Shown here one piece after another: positions 1-12,600 of a DNA stretch of 64,000 nt (positions are counted from its first letter, which is position 1; every line of letters starts with the position of its first letter). Both the position numbers and the translations under genes were made by a program. This stretch comes from Macrostomum lignano (lineage: Eukaryota). The notes below the pieces were generated by a model that was not told the DNA's origin, made no database searches, and worked only from the letters and a program-made list of their open reading frames with translations. The stretch is taken from contig NIVC01000215.1 of NCBI GenBank assembly GCA_002269645.1, positions 496,001 to 560,000 on the forward strand. The letters are read 5' to 3'.

Positions 1-141
1 ATGAAGCAAGTGATGAAGCAAGTGATGATGCAATGATGACGCAGTGATGATGCAGTGATGATGGTGCTATTGTACGCATAGAATATAGCCTAAGCTGATG
101 AATAGACAACAAACAAATTTAAACACGAACTCTCAGCAAAC

Positions 142-1964
142 CTTCATATGCTGACTCAGCCGCAAGCCTTCAAGGCAGACCTCTGCCACAGTGGCCTGCA
201 TTGCCTGATCCATGTCGCCCGAGATGAACTGCACCGAGTGGCCGGAGTTTTCCTCGGGTCCCGAACTGCCTGCCGCCGATTTGGCCTGCAATTCTTGACG
301 CCTAAAATGGCGATTGAAAAAATTACAGTAGTAAATCAAAATTTCAATAAAATCATCAGGCATGGACACTCCCAGCGCCTAGGGAGTTGGCGCATCTAAG
401 AAAAGTTTCTTTTTGAAGCAAAAATTTATAAATAATAACCATAGAAGATAAAAACTTGCATGCTTTCAACATTGAGCCCGAGGGTGTCGCAAAACGACTG
501 CAGATCGATCAGGCCGCTGTTATCGCTGTCCAATATTCGCATCCACTTCTGCGGTTTCAGGGGCGAGGAAAGGCGCATTGATTGTTGTGCATGGAAACTG
601 CACGGAGACAGGCACTGAGACAGGCACTGAGACAGGCACTGAGACAGGCACTGAGACAGGCACTGAGACAGGCACTGAGACAGGCACTGAGACAGGCACT
701 GAGACAGGCACTGAGACAGGCACTGAGACAGGCACTGAGACAGGCACTGAGACAGGCACTGAGACAGGCACTGAGACAGGCACTGAGACAGGCACTGAGA
801 CAGGCACTGAGACAGGCACTGAGACAGGCACTGAGACAGACACTGAGACAGGCACTGAGACAGGCACTGAGACAGGCACTGAGACAGACACTGAGACAGG
901 CACTGAGACAGGCACTGAGACAGGCACTGAGACAGGCACTGAGACAGGCACTGAGACAGGCACTGAGACAGGCACTGAGACAGGCACTGAGACAGGCACT
1001 GAGACAGGCACTGAGACAGGCACTGAGACAGGCACTGAGACAGGCACTGAGACAGGCACTGAGACAGGCACTGAGACAGGCACTGAGACAGGCACTGAGA
1101 CAGGCACTGAGACAGGCACTGAGACAGGCACTGAGACAGGCACTGAGACAGGCACTGAGACAGGCACTGAGACAGGCACTGAGACAGACACTGAGACAGG
1201 CACTGAGACAGGCACTGAGACAGGCACTGAGACAGGCACTGAGACAGGCACTGAGACAGGCACTGAGACAGGCCCTGAGACAGGCACTGAGACAGGCACT
1301 GAGACAGGCACTGAGACAGGCACTGAGACAGGCACTGAGACAGGCACTGAGACAGGCACTGAGACAGACACTGAGACAGGCACTGAGACAGGCACTGAGA
1401 CAGGCACTGAGACAGGCACTGAGACAGGCACTGAGACAGGCACTGAGACAGGCCCTGAGACAGGCACTGAGACAGGCACTGAGACAGGCACTGAGACAGG
1501 CACTGAGACAGGCACTGAGACAGGCACTGAGACAGGCACTGAGACAGGCACTGAGACAGGCACTGAGACAGGCACTGAGACAGGCACTGGGGCAGACACT
1601 GAGACAGGCACTGAGACAGGCACTGAGACAGGCACTGAGACAGGCACTGAGACAGGCACTGAGACAGGCACTGAGACAGGCACTGAGACAGGCACTGAGA
1701 CAGGCACTGAGACAGGCACTGAGACAGGCACTGAGACAGGCACTGAGACAGGCACTGAGACAGGCACTGGGGCAGACACTGAGACAGGCACTGAGACAGG
1801 CACTGAGACAGGCACTGAGACAGACAAAGACGCAGACAAAGACTCACCCGCACAAAGCTGTCATCGCTGCCCTGCTGCTTCATGTAGGCGGCCAAATCGT
1901 TAGTGGCGATTGCGCCTCGACCTTCACGATCCACGGCCAGCCAGGCGTCCTTGAACCCGTCCAT
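142..1964 (-). CDS. EF-hand + dynein-light-chain-domain protein (tegument allergen-like, TAL family); partial, 3' end lies beyond window start
   Basis: Exons 1964-1848 ([27 protein letters not shown]|GTGAGT), 548-460 (cag|[23 protein letters not shown]-hand loop) and 301-142 (..[25 protein letters not shown], resembling the DLC N-terminal DMxxxMQ helix). Frame is continuous if intron 2 is GC-AG. Confidence 0.72.
605..1824. repeat. 12-bp tandem satellite (GAGACAGGCACT)n in TAL intron 1
   Basis: About 100 near-identical units; produces the spurious TETG/RQAL/SQCL ORFs. Confidence 0.97.
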
Positions 1965-2296
1965 TTAGAAGTCTTTGTCGTAGTATTATTTTGTTAACGA
2001 AAATTGTATTTTGCTCAGTTATCTCGCTTGCCACTTGGAAGAAATGGGTTTAAACTGAATTTTTATATACACAACGACATCGCAACCGAGTTCATTGGCT
2101 GACCAATCTAACTAATGCTCAAATAAATTCTACGAGTATATTTAAGGAGTTGAAGATGGAGACACTTCTTGTCAACATTTTCCGGTCCAGTGGGCCGTTT
2201 GTTTGCTGACTGAGTTGCGGCTATGCGGCGTCTTGCTGGGTTGGGCGACTGGGCATGGGGTGAGCAGAATATTGGAATGCGCCTGGGATGGAATGC

Positions 2297-3520
2297 CTCT
2301 CTCTCCCTTTCTCTCTCTCCCTCTCCCTCTGTCCCTCTCTCTCTCCCTCTCCCTCTCTCCCTCTCCCTCTCTCCCTCTCTCTCTCCCTCTCCCTCTGTCC
2401 CTCTCTCTCTTCCTCTCCCTCTCTCCCTCTCCCTCTCTCCCTCTCTCTCTCCCTCTCCTCTCTCCCTCTCCCTCTCTCCCTCTCCCTCTCTCTCTCCCTC
2501 TCCCTCTCTCCCTCTCCCTCTCTCCCTCTCCTCTCTCCCTCTCCCTCTCTCCCTCTCCCTCTCTCCCTCTCCCTCTCTCCCTCTCCCTCTCTCCCTCTCC
2601 CTCTCTCCCTCTTTCCCTCTCTCTCTCCCTCTCCCTCTCTCCCTCTCTCCCTCTCTCTCTCCCTCTCCCTCTCTCCCTCTCCCTCTGTCCCTCTCTCTCT
2701 TCCTCTCCCTCTCTCCCTCTCCCTCTCTCCCTCTCTCTCTCCCTCTCCCTCTCTCCCTCTCCTCTCTCCCTCTCTCTCTCTCTCTCTCTCCCTCTCCCTC
2801 TCTCCCTCTCCCTCTCCCTCTCTCCCTCTCCTCTCTCCCTCTCCCTCTCTCCCTCTTTCCCTCTCTCTCTCCCTCTCCCTCTCTCCCTCTCTCCCTCTCT
2901 CTCTCCCTCTCCCTCTCTCCCTCTCTCCCTCTCTCTCTCCCTCTCCCTCTCTCCCTCTCCCTCTCTCCCTCTTTCCCTCTCTCTCTCTCCCTCTCCCTCT
3001 CTCCCTCTCTCCCTCTCTCTCTCCCTCTCCCTCTCTCCCTCTCCCTCTCCCTCTCTCCCTCTCCCTCTCTCCCTCTCCCTCTCTCCCTCTCTCCCTCTCT
3101 CCCTCTCCCTCTCCCTCTCTCTCTCTCCTCCTCTCCCTCTCCCTCTCTCCCTCTCCCTCCCCCCTCTCTCTCCCTCCCCCCTCTCTCTCCCCTCTCTCTC
3201 TCTCTCCCTCTCTCTCTCCATCTCTATCCCCTCTCTCTCTCCCTCTCCCTCTCTCCTCTCTCCCTCTCTCCCTCTCTCCCTCTCCCTCTCCCTCTCTCTC
3301 TCTCATCCTCTCCCTCTCCCTCTCTCCCTCTCCCTCCCTCTCTCTCTCCCTCTCCCCTCTCCCTCTCTCTCTCCCTCTCCCTCTCTCCCTCTCTCCCTCT
3401 CCCTCTCCCTCTCTCTCTCTCCTCCTCTCCCTCTCCCTCTCTCCCTCTCCCTCCCCTCTCTCTCTCCCTCCCTCTCCCTCTCTCTCCTCTCTGCCTCTCC
3501 CTTAACATCTCCCTCTCTCT
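2297..3520. repeat. CT-rich (CTC/CTCT/CCCT) simple repeat
   Basis: Nearly pure pyrimidine tract; all overlapping ORFs are low-complexity artefacts. Confidence 0.95.
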
Positions 3521-4195
3521 CTCCCCCTCCCTCGTCACCTCTTCATCTCCATTTCCTTCTAGCTCTGCAGCTCCTTCCTTGTCATCCAAATCTCTTGCCC
3601 TCTCTTTCTGTAATCAGCTCTTTAAAGCAATCCTGTGCCGGAGAATTTCTTTTTGCTAAAATTTCATCGAGCAATGATGCAATAAATGCAAACCCAAAAT
3701 GGTCCAGGGAAAAATTTTCACAATGTATTCCATTCTTTTGTACTGATGGTCAATAATAAAATACAAAAGGCACAGATCTCAACAGCTGGATCGTTCGTGC
3801 CGTATCGCGATTAATACTATAAAATATGGGCCAGCATCAAAGTGCCGTCTCTTCTTCATCATTATCTACCTTGGTGTTGACTCAAGCTTCTCGGCCTGAG
3901 CAGTTAGCTAACTTAGCCATCGCATCTGCAGACCTGTCTGATGTGATGAGACCACACACGAATATGCGAGCTGGAACAGACCTGCATGCAAGCAAATTCT
4001 AGTCTGATAATATAAGCACTGCAATCTATTGACACAGAATGAGAACTTTTTTATGGCTCTGATGAGCTGTGCCATATAGGGGCTTGTCAATCGCTTAATA
4101 AGCGAAGACGATATTCTGTCTTCGGTGCTGACTTATTCCATTTCTAACACTAGACAGACACTTCGTTACAGCGTTTTCCGCCCCATCAGTCCTTG

Positions 4196-4997
4196 AGAAT
4201 CTGCCACTCCGCTCCATCAGTCTCTGAGCATCAACCTCTCAGCTCTATTAGTTTTTGAGAATCTGCCTCTCAGCTCCATCAGTCTCTGAGCATCAACCTC
4301 TCAGCTCTATTAGTTTTTGAGGATCTGCCTCTCAGCTCCATCAGTCTCTGAGCATCAGCCTCTCAGCTCTATTAGTTTTTGAGGATCTGACTCTCAGCTC
4401 CATCAGTCTCTGAGCATCAACCTCTCAGCTCTATTAGTTTATGAGGATCTGCCTCTCAGCTCCATCAGTCTCTGAGCATAAACCTCTCAGCTCTATTAGT
4501 TTTTGAGGATCCGCCTCTCAGCTCCATCAGTCTCTGAGCATCAACCTCTCAGCTCTATTAGTTTTTGAGGATCTGACTCTCAGCTCCATCAGTCTCTGAG
4601 CATCAACCTCTCAGCTCTATTAGTTTTTGAGGATCTGCCTCTCAGCTCCATCAGTCTCTGAGCATCAACCTCTCAGCTCTATTAGTTTTTGAGGATCTGA
4701 CTCTCAGCTCCATCAGTCTCTGAGCATCAACCTCTCAGCTCTATTAGTTTTTGAGGATCTGACTCTCAGCTCCATCAGTCTCTGAGCATCAACCTCTCAG
4801 CTCTATTAGTTTTTGAGGATCCGCCTCTCAGCTCCATCAGTCTCTGAGCATCAACCTCTCAGCTCCATCAGTCTTTGAGGATCTGAATCTCAGCTCCATC
4901 AGTCTTTGAGGATCTGAATCTCAGCTCCATCAGTCTTTGAGGATCTGAATCTCAGCTCCATCAGTCTTTGAGGATCTGACTCTCAGCTCCATCAGTC
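4196..4997. repeat. 62-bp minisatellite made of two diverged 31-bp halves, ending in 31-bp monomers
   Basis: GAGGATCTG recurs at 4319 and 4381 (period 62). Halves are gaggatctgcctctcagctccatcagtctct and gagcatcaacctctcagctctattagttttt. Confidence 0.92.
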
Positions 4998-5475
4998 TTT
5001 GAGGATCTTCTTCTTTTTTTCTTGTTTTTTTACAATATTTGCTTTTTTCAAGTTTTTTTTTCAGTATTTCACAAACAAAGAACAAAATGTGGTCGTAAAA
5101 TGTTTCAATACCTACTAAGCAGCAACTAAGTAGTAAGTCGAAAAGTCAGCTTTAAATTGAGAATACAATTCTATAGGTTAGGTTTATAAAAATATTTGCA
5201 TTGGAGTTGCAAAAACATTGGAGTTCAGTTTTTGAGAGAATTCAGAATTCTGGTTACTGCAAGCAGTTTGTAATCGTTTGGCAAACGTTTAAATTCGTAG
5301 TTTTAGGAGTTTTATGAGCCCAACAAGTAACTTAAATTCTTAGATTTTTGTTTTAATTGCACTCACTACTTCGCTCATTTAAAAAGGGCAATGTAAAGCG
5401 AACTATTGTGCAAAGTGAACAGAGAATGTATACGTGGGTCCTGAAGTAAACACAGCTGGTGTTTAGTTTCGGGTT

Positions 5476-6049
<574 letters not shown>

Positions 6050-6609
6050 AAAATTGCAGTAATTATTTAACATTTCATTAGCAAAATAAATACCAGTGGT
6101 ATGTACCTTTTTTCACTTCTCACTTTCAGGAAATAAAATCCTGGTTATGGTAATTCCCAGCAGTTATGGTAATTCCCAGCAGTTATGGTAATTCCTGCCT
6201 GATCTCACTGCCATATTTACAAAAGGAGGTCGAGCGAAGCCAAGGATCGAATATTTATTTGTGACTTTTTGATTAAACCGAATGCAGATTTATTCAACTG
6301 CTGCAGAAGTTATTATCGCTAAATTTGGCAGATATAAAAATCAGAGAAAGAGCACATTGTAGTTCTGCTTATCTTATCTCTATTGGTTAGCGCTTTCTCA
6401 TTTGGACTTCAACTGAACTGGTTGCTAGGGCGGAGGTGCCATGTAAATCTCAGAGCCACTCTCACCAGAGTCCTGAAACTTTAAAAGCAATAAAAATAAT
6501 TTCTGCCTGAACTGTTTGCAAGAACCTGCATGCAACCAGGTGCGTTCTCTAAATTATTTGGCCAGATCTGCTTTTAGAAATTTAACATTCCGCTTTGTGC
6601 GAGAAGACA

Positions 6610-9600
6610 ATGGCCAAGGATAGACAAGAGGTAAGTGTGACGCGACTTTTTAGGTTGATCATTCCGAAAGAATTGGGGAATTAGTCTGAGAGAGAATGGG
6701 GAATTAGACTGAGAGAGAGGGAATGGGGAATTAGACTGAGAGAGAATGGGGAATTAGACTGAGAGAGAGGGAATGGGGAATTAGACTTAGAGAGAATGGG
6801 GAATTAGACTGAGAGAGAGGGAATGGGGAATTAGACTGAGAGAGAGAGAGAGAATGGGGAATTAGACTGAGAGAGAGAGAGAGAGAATGGGGAATTAGAC
6901 TGAGAGAGAGAGAGAGAATGGGGAATTAGACTGAGAGAGAGAATGGGGAATTAGACTGAGAGAGTGAATGGGGGATTAGACTGAGAGAGAGAGAATGGGG
7001 AATTAGACTTAGAGAGAGAATGGGGAATTAGACTGAGAAAGAGAGAATGGGGAATTAGACTGAGAAAGAGAGAATGGGGAATTAGACTGAGAAAGAGAGA
7101 ATGGGAAATTAAACTGAGAAAGAGAGAATGGGGAATTAGACTGAGAGAGAGAGACTGGGGAATTAGACTGAGAGAGAGAGAGAATGGGGAATTAGACTGA
7201 GAGAGAGAGAGAATGGGGAATTAGACTGAGGGAATAACATTGTGAGAGGGAATAAAACAGAGAGAATGTCAGTCTCGCATTCCCTGAAATAATAATCAAT
7301 AATCGATGTTTTGCAGGAAAGTGGCGCAGCTGAGGAGACGGAGCAGAAGGCCTTCAGCTCGTCCGCGGCCATCATATTCTCCTGCCTGGGAACAGTGGTT
7401 GGCACGGGGAATATTTGGCGTTTTCCGCGAATTGCCGCCCAGAACAGCGCAACACAGGGTGAGCCGAGGAGAGGCTGGAGAAAGGAAATATTAATAGCTA
7501 GTGGTTCATAAATTCATAACTATTCGCACATGGGATGTGGGCACCCTGATGCAGATCGCTTTCAGCGACATCATCCCGCAATCTGCGCTGAGACAATTCT
7601 GCTCATTCCGCAGACTACTGAGCACACACAAGCGCGCCAATATACTGTACGCAGGCGCGGACTCGTACAACACGCTCATACAGGGTGTACATCGGTCCGG
7701 ACTTTCTAATCCTGCACACTCTTTGTGCCTTGAGGGTTGGCCCTCATGGCTGTGAATCGCGCAAGGGGGGATGATGGGTGAAGAGAGGGAGACCTGAGAG
7801 AGGAGAAAGTAATAAGAAGAGAGAGGTGAGAGAGGAGAGAGGAGAGAGGAGAGAGAAAAGGGAATGGGGAAAGAGAGGAGAGATAAGAAATGAGAGAGGA
7901 GAGGTGAGAGAGGAGAGAGGAGAGACAGAGAGAGAGGAGAGAGAAAAGGGAATGGGGAAAGAGAGGAGAGATAAGAGATGAGAGCTGAGAGATGAGAGAG
8001 GAGAGAGGAGATATAAGAGGTGAGAGAGGAGAGATGAGAGAAGAGAGATGAGAGAGGAGAGAGGAGATATAAAAGGTGAGAGAGGAGAGAGGAGAGAGGA
8101 GAGAGGAAAGAAGAGAGAGGAGATAGGAGAGAGGATAGATGAGAGAGGATAGAGGAGAGAGGAGAGAAGAGAGAGGAGGGAGGAAAGAGGATAGATGAGA
8201 GAGGATAGAGGAGAGAGGAGAGAGGAGAGAGGAGAAATGAGAGAGGAGAGATGAGAGAGGAGAGAGGAGATATAAAAGGTGAGAGAGGAGAGAGGAGAGA
8301 GGAGAGAGGAGAGAGGAGAGAGGAGAGAGGATAGATGAGAGAGGATAGATGAGAGAGGAGAGAGGAGAAATGAGAGAGGAGAGATGAGAGAGGAGAGATG
8401 AGAGAGGAGAGAGGAGAGAGGAGAAAGGAGAGAGGAGAGAGGAGAAATGAGAGAGGAGAGAGGAGAAAGGAGAGAGGAGAGATGAGAGAGGAGAGATGAG
8501 AGAGGAGAGGAGAGAGGAGAAAGGAGAGAGGAGAGAGGAGAGAGGAGAGAGAAAAGGGAATGGGGAAAGAGAGGAGAGATAAGAGATGAGAGAGGAGAGG
8601 TGAGAGAGGAGAGAGTAGAGAGGAAAGAGGAGAGAGAAAAGGGAATGGGGAAAGAGAGGAGAGAGAAGAGATGGGAGAGGAGAGATGAAAGGGGAGAGAG
8701 GAGATATAAGAGATGAGAGAGAGGAGAGAGATGGGAGAGGAGGGAGTATAGAGGTGAGAGATGAGAGAGGAGAGAAGAGAGAGAAGGGAGGAGAGAGGAT
8801 AGATGAGAGAGGATAGAGGAGAGATGAGAGAGGAGAGTTGAGAGAGGAGGGGGGAGAGAGGATAGATGAGAGAGGAGAAATGAGAGAGGAGAGATGAGAG
8901 AGGAGAGATGAGAGAGGAGAAAGGAGAGAGGAGAAAGGAGAGAGGAGAGAGGAGAAAGGAGAGAGGAGAGATGAGAGAGGAGAGATGAGAGAGGAGAGAG
9001 GAGAGAGGAGAAAGGAGAGAGGAGAGAGGAGAGCGGAGAGCGGAGAGAGGAGAGAGAATGGAGGAGAGAGCAGAGAGCAGAGATGATGTGTTTTAGCAAA
9101 TTTTCCAAGTTAGTGCGTGTACCAGTTACCAGTTTATATATGCTAAATATTGACTCAGCCGGCATCCAAAATCTCCCTGGCAGGCACCCTGATCTTCCTG
9201 GCAACTTGGATCATTTTCCTATTCCTGTGGTCTTCGCCCATGCTTCTCATTGAGTATGCAGTCGGCCGCTATTTCAAAAAATCGCCAATCCAATCCTTCC
9301 GCATCGCTATGGGCGACAAATTCTTGTGGTGCGGCTCCTGGGTTACCATGGTAACCTTTATGATTAGGTGAGAATTTTTTTTAAATTATTAAAAAAAATT
9401 TCTTAAAGAAAGAATATTCTAGTAATTTTGCAAATTTATCGCTTAAAAACCCATAGTTGCTACTACTCAGTAGTGCTGGGCTGGTGTCTGTACTATGTGT
9501 TCAAGTCTGTTCAATTGAGCGCCACAATTGGACTGCCGAGCAGCGAGCCGGAGAGTTTGGCTGTGTTCCAGGAGTTCGCCGTAAGTGACATTGAGAGCGA

Positions 9601-12600
9601 GATTAGGGTTGAGATTAAAGCTGAGATTGAGGGTGAGATTGCTGGGGAGATTAGAGGTGAGATTAGAGGTGAGATTGTGGGTAAGATTAGAGGTGAGATT
9701 GTGGGTGAGGTGAGATTAAATTCGAGATTAAAGGTGAGATTTTGGGTGATGTTGAGGGTGAGATTAGGGATGAGATTAGAGGTGAGATTAAAGGTGAGAT
9801 TGTGAGTCATTTTGAGAGTGAGATTAAAGTTGAGATTAGAGGTGAGATTGTGAGTGAGATTGAGGGTGAGATTGAGGGTGATGTTGAGGGTGAGATTAGA
9901 GGTGAGATTGTGGGTGAGATTGAGGGTGAGATTGAGGGTCAGATTATAGGTGAGATTGTGAGTGAGGTTGAGCGTAGGATTGAAGATGAGGTTGAGGGTG
10001 TGATTAGAGTTGAGATTAGAGGTAAAATTGTGGGTGAGATATACAGTGAGATTTAGGGTGAATTCAAAGTTGTGCTTGGAGATAAGACTAATGAAGCATA
10101 GATTTATTTTGCAAGTTAAAAAGTAAATGATTATTTAATGGTTTATTGAAGGTCATAAACGTAGTTAAATGTTGGCCGAAAAAGTGAATCAATTAAAACG
10201 AAAATTCCCCTACGAGTAATTATTAACAAAATGCTGAGCAGGAGAACAGCAGCTGGCCCATCCTGACCCACTTCCTGTCAATACTGTTTGCCGGCGCCTG
10301 CGTTATCGGCGGCATCACCTGGATTGAGAAGGCCAACATGGTCCTGGTGCCAACCCTGCTGCTGATCATTGTCTTCACCTACTGCTGGTCACTGCTTCGC
10401 GACTACAGCGACTATGGAGTTCGGTTCCTGTTCACGCCTGATATCGGTGAGTCCCTAAAAAATTTATTTTTCAATTACCTACGGCTCTGCTCCATAGATG
10501 CTTCATAGAGGCCAAAGGCTACAGGCTACAGGCTACAGGCTACAGGCTACAGATTACAACCTACAACCTACAAGCTACAGGCTACAAACTACAGATTACA
10601 ACCTACAACCTACAGGCTACAGGCTACAAACTACAGATTACAACCTACAACCTACAGGCTACAGGCTACAAACTACAGATTACAACCTACAACCTACAGG
10701 CTACAGGCTACAAACTACAGATTACAACCTACAACCTACAGGCTACAGGCTACAAACTACAGATTACAACCTACAACCTACAGGCTACAGGCTACAAACT
10801 ACAGATTACAACCTACAACCTACAGGCTACAGGCTACAAACTGCAGATTACAACTTACAACCTACAGGCTACAGGCTACAAACTGCAGATTACAACCTAC
10901 AACCTACAGGCTACAGGCTACAAACTACAGATTACAACCTACAACCTACAGGCTACAGGCTACAAACTACAGATTACAACCTACAACCTACAGGCTACAG
11001 GCTACAAACTACAGATTACAACCTACAACCTACAGGCTACAGGCTACAAACTACAGATTACAACCTACAACCTACAGGCTACAGGCTACAAACTACAGAT
11101 TACAACCTACAACCTACAGGCTACAGGCTACAAACTACAGATTACAACCTACAACCTACAGGCTACAGGCTACAAACTACAGATTACAACCTACAACCTA
11201 CAGGCTACAGGCTACAAACTACAGATTACAACCTACAACCTACAGGCTACAGGCTACAAACTACAGATTACAACCTACAACCTACAGGCTACAGGCTACA
11301 AACTACAGATTACAACCTACAACCTACAGGCTACAGGCTACAAACTACAGATTACAACCTACAACCTACAGGCTACAGGCTACAAACTACAGATTACAAC
11401 CTACAACCTACAGGCTACAGGCTACAAACTACAGATTACAACCTACAACCTACAGGCTACAGGCTACAAACTACAGATTACAACCTACAACCTACAGGCT
11501 ACAGGCTACAAACTACAGATTACAACCTACAACCTACAGGCTACAGGCTACAAACTACAGATTACAACCTACAACCTACAGGCTACAGGCTACAAACTAC
11601 AGATTACAACCTACAACCTACAGGCTACAGGCTACAAACTACAGATTACAACCTACAACCTACAGGCTACAGGCTACAAACTACAGATTACAACCTACAA
11701 CCTACAGGCTACAGGCTACAAACTACAGATTACAACCTACAACCTACAGGCTACAGGCTACAAACTACAGATTACAACCTACAACCTACAGGCTACAGGC
11801 TACAAACTACAGATTACAACCTACAACCTACAGGCTACAGGCTACAAACTGCAGAGGCTTACAAACTGCTTTAGATATTCTAACTCTCACCACTCTATTC
11901 ACAAGTTTCAACGAAGGCAGAACTTAAACTTTTTCATTTTCAGACGCGCTTAAAGACACCAGGCTGTGGGTGGACTCCGCATCGCAGAATGCCTTCGACA
12001 CAGGTGCCGCGATGGGGCTGATTGTGCCATACGCCACCTATATGACTCGAAAGAATGGCGTTGTGCGCTTCTCCATGTTCATTCCTACTATGAACAACTT
12101 TGTCAGGTGGGACAGGCACTGAGACAGGCACTGAGACAGGCACTGAGACAGGCACTGAGACAGGCATTAAGTCAGGCACTGAGACAGGCACTGAGACAGG
12201 CACTGAGACAGGCACTGAGACAGGCACTGAGACAGACACTGGGACAGACACTGAGACAGACACTGAGACAGGCACTGAGACAGGCACTGGAGCAGACACT
12301 GAGACAGACACTGAGATAGGCACTGAGACAGACACTGGGGCAGACACTGAGACAGACACTGAGACAGGCACTGAGACAGGCACTGAGACAGGCACTGAGA
12401 CAGACACTGGGACAGACACTGAGACAGACACTGAGACAGGCACTGAGACAGGCACTGGAGCAGACACTGAGACAGACACTGAGATAGGCACTGAGACAGA
12501 CACTGGGGCAGACACTGAGACAGGCACTGAGACAGACACTGAGACAGACACTGAGACAGACACTGAGACAGAAACTGAGACAGACACTGAGACAGACACT

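Noticed and set aside
426-3756. Long ORFs (350-517 aa) over the 12-bp and CT arrays
   Set aside because: Open in several frames only because the repeat units lack stops; real coding is limited to the short flanking exons.
4060-4120. Hammerhead ribozyme cores (CTGATGA at ~4069 and ~36781)
   Set aside because: No correctly placed GAAA and no stems I-III.
10498-11874. 458-aa [14 protein letters not shown] repeat ORF as a structural protein
   Set aside because: It lies wholly within GT-AG intron 5 of the SLC6 gene, whose exons join in frame around it.
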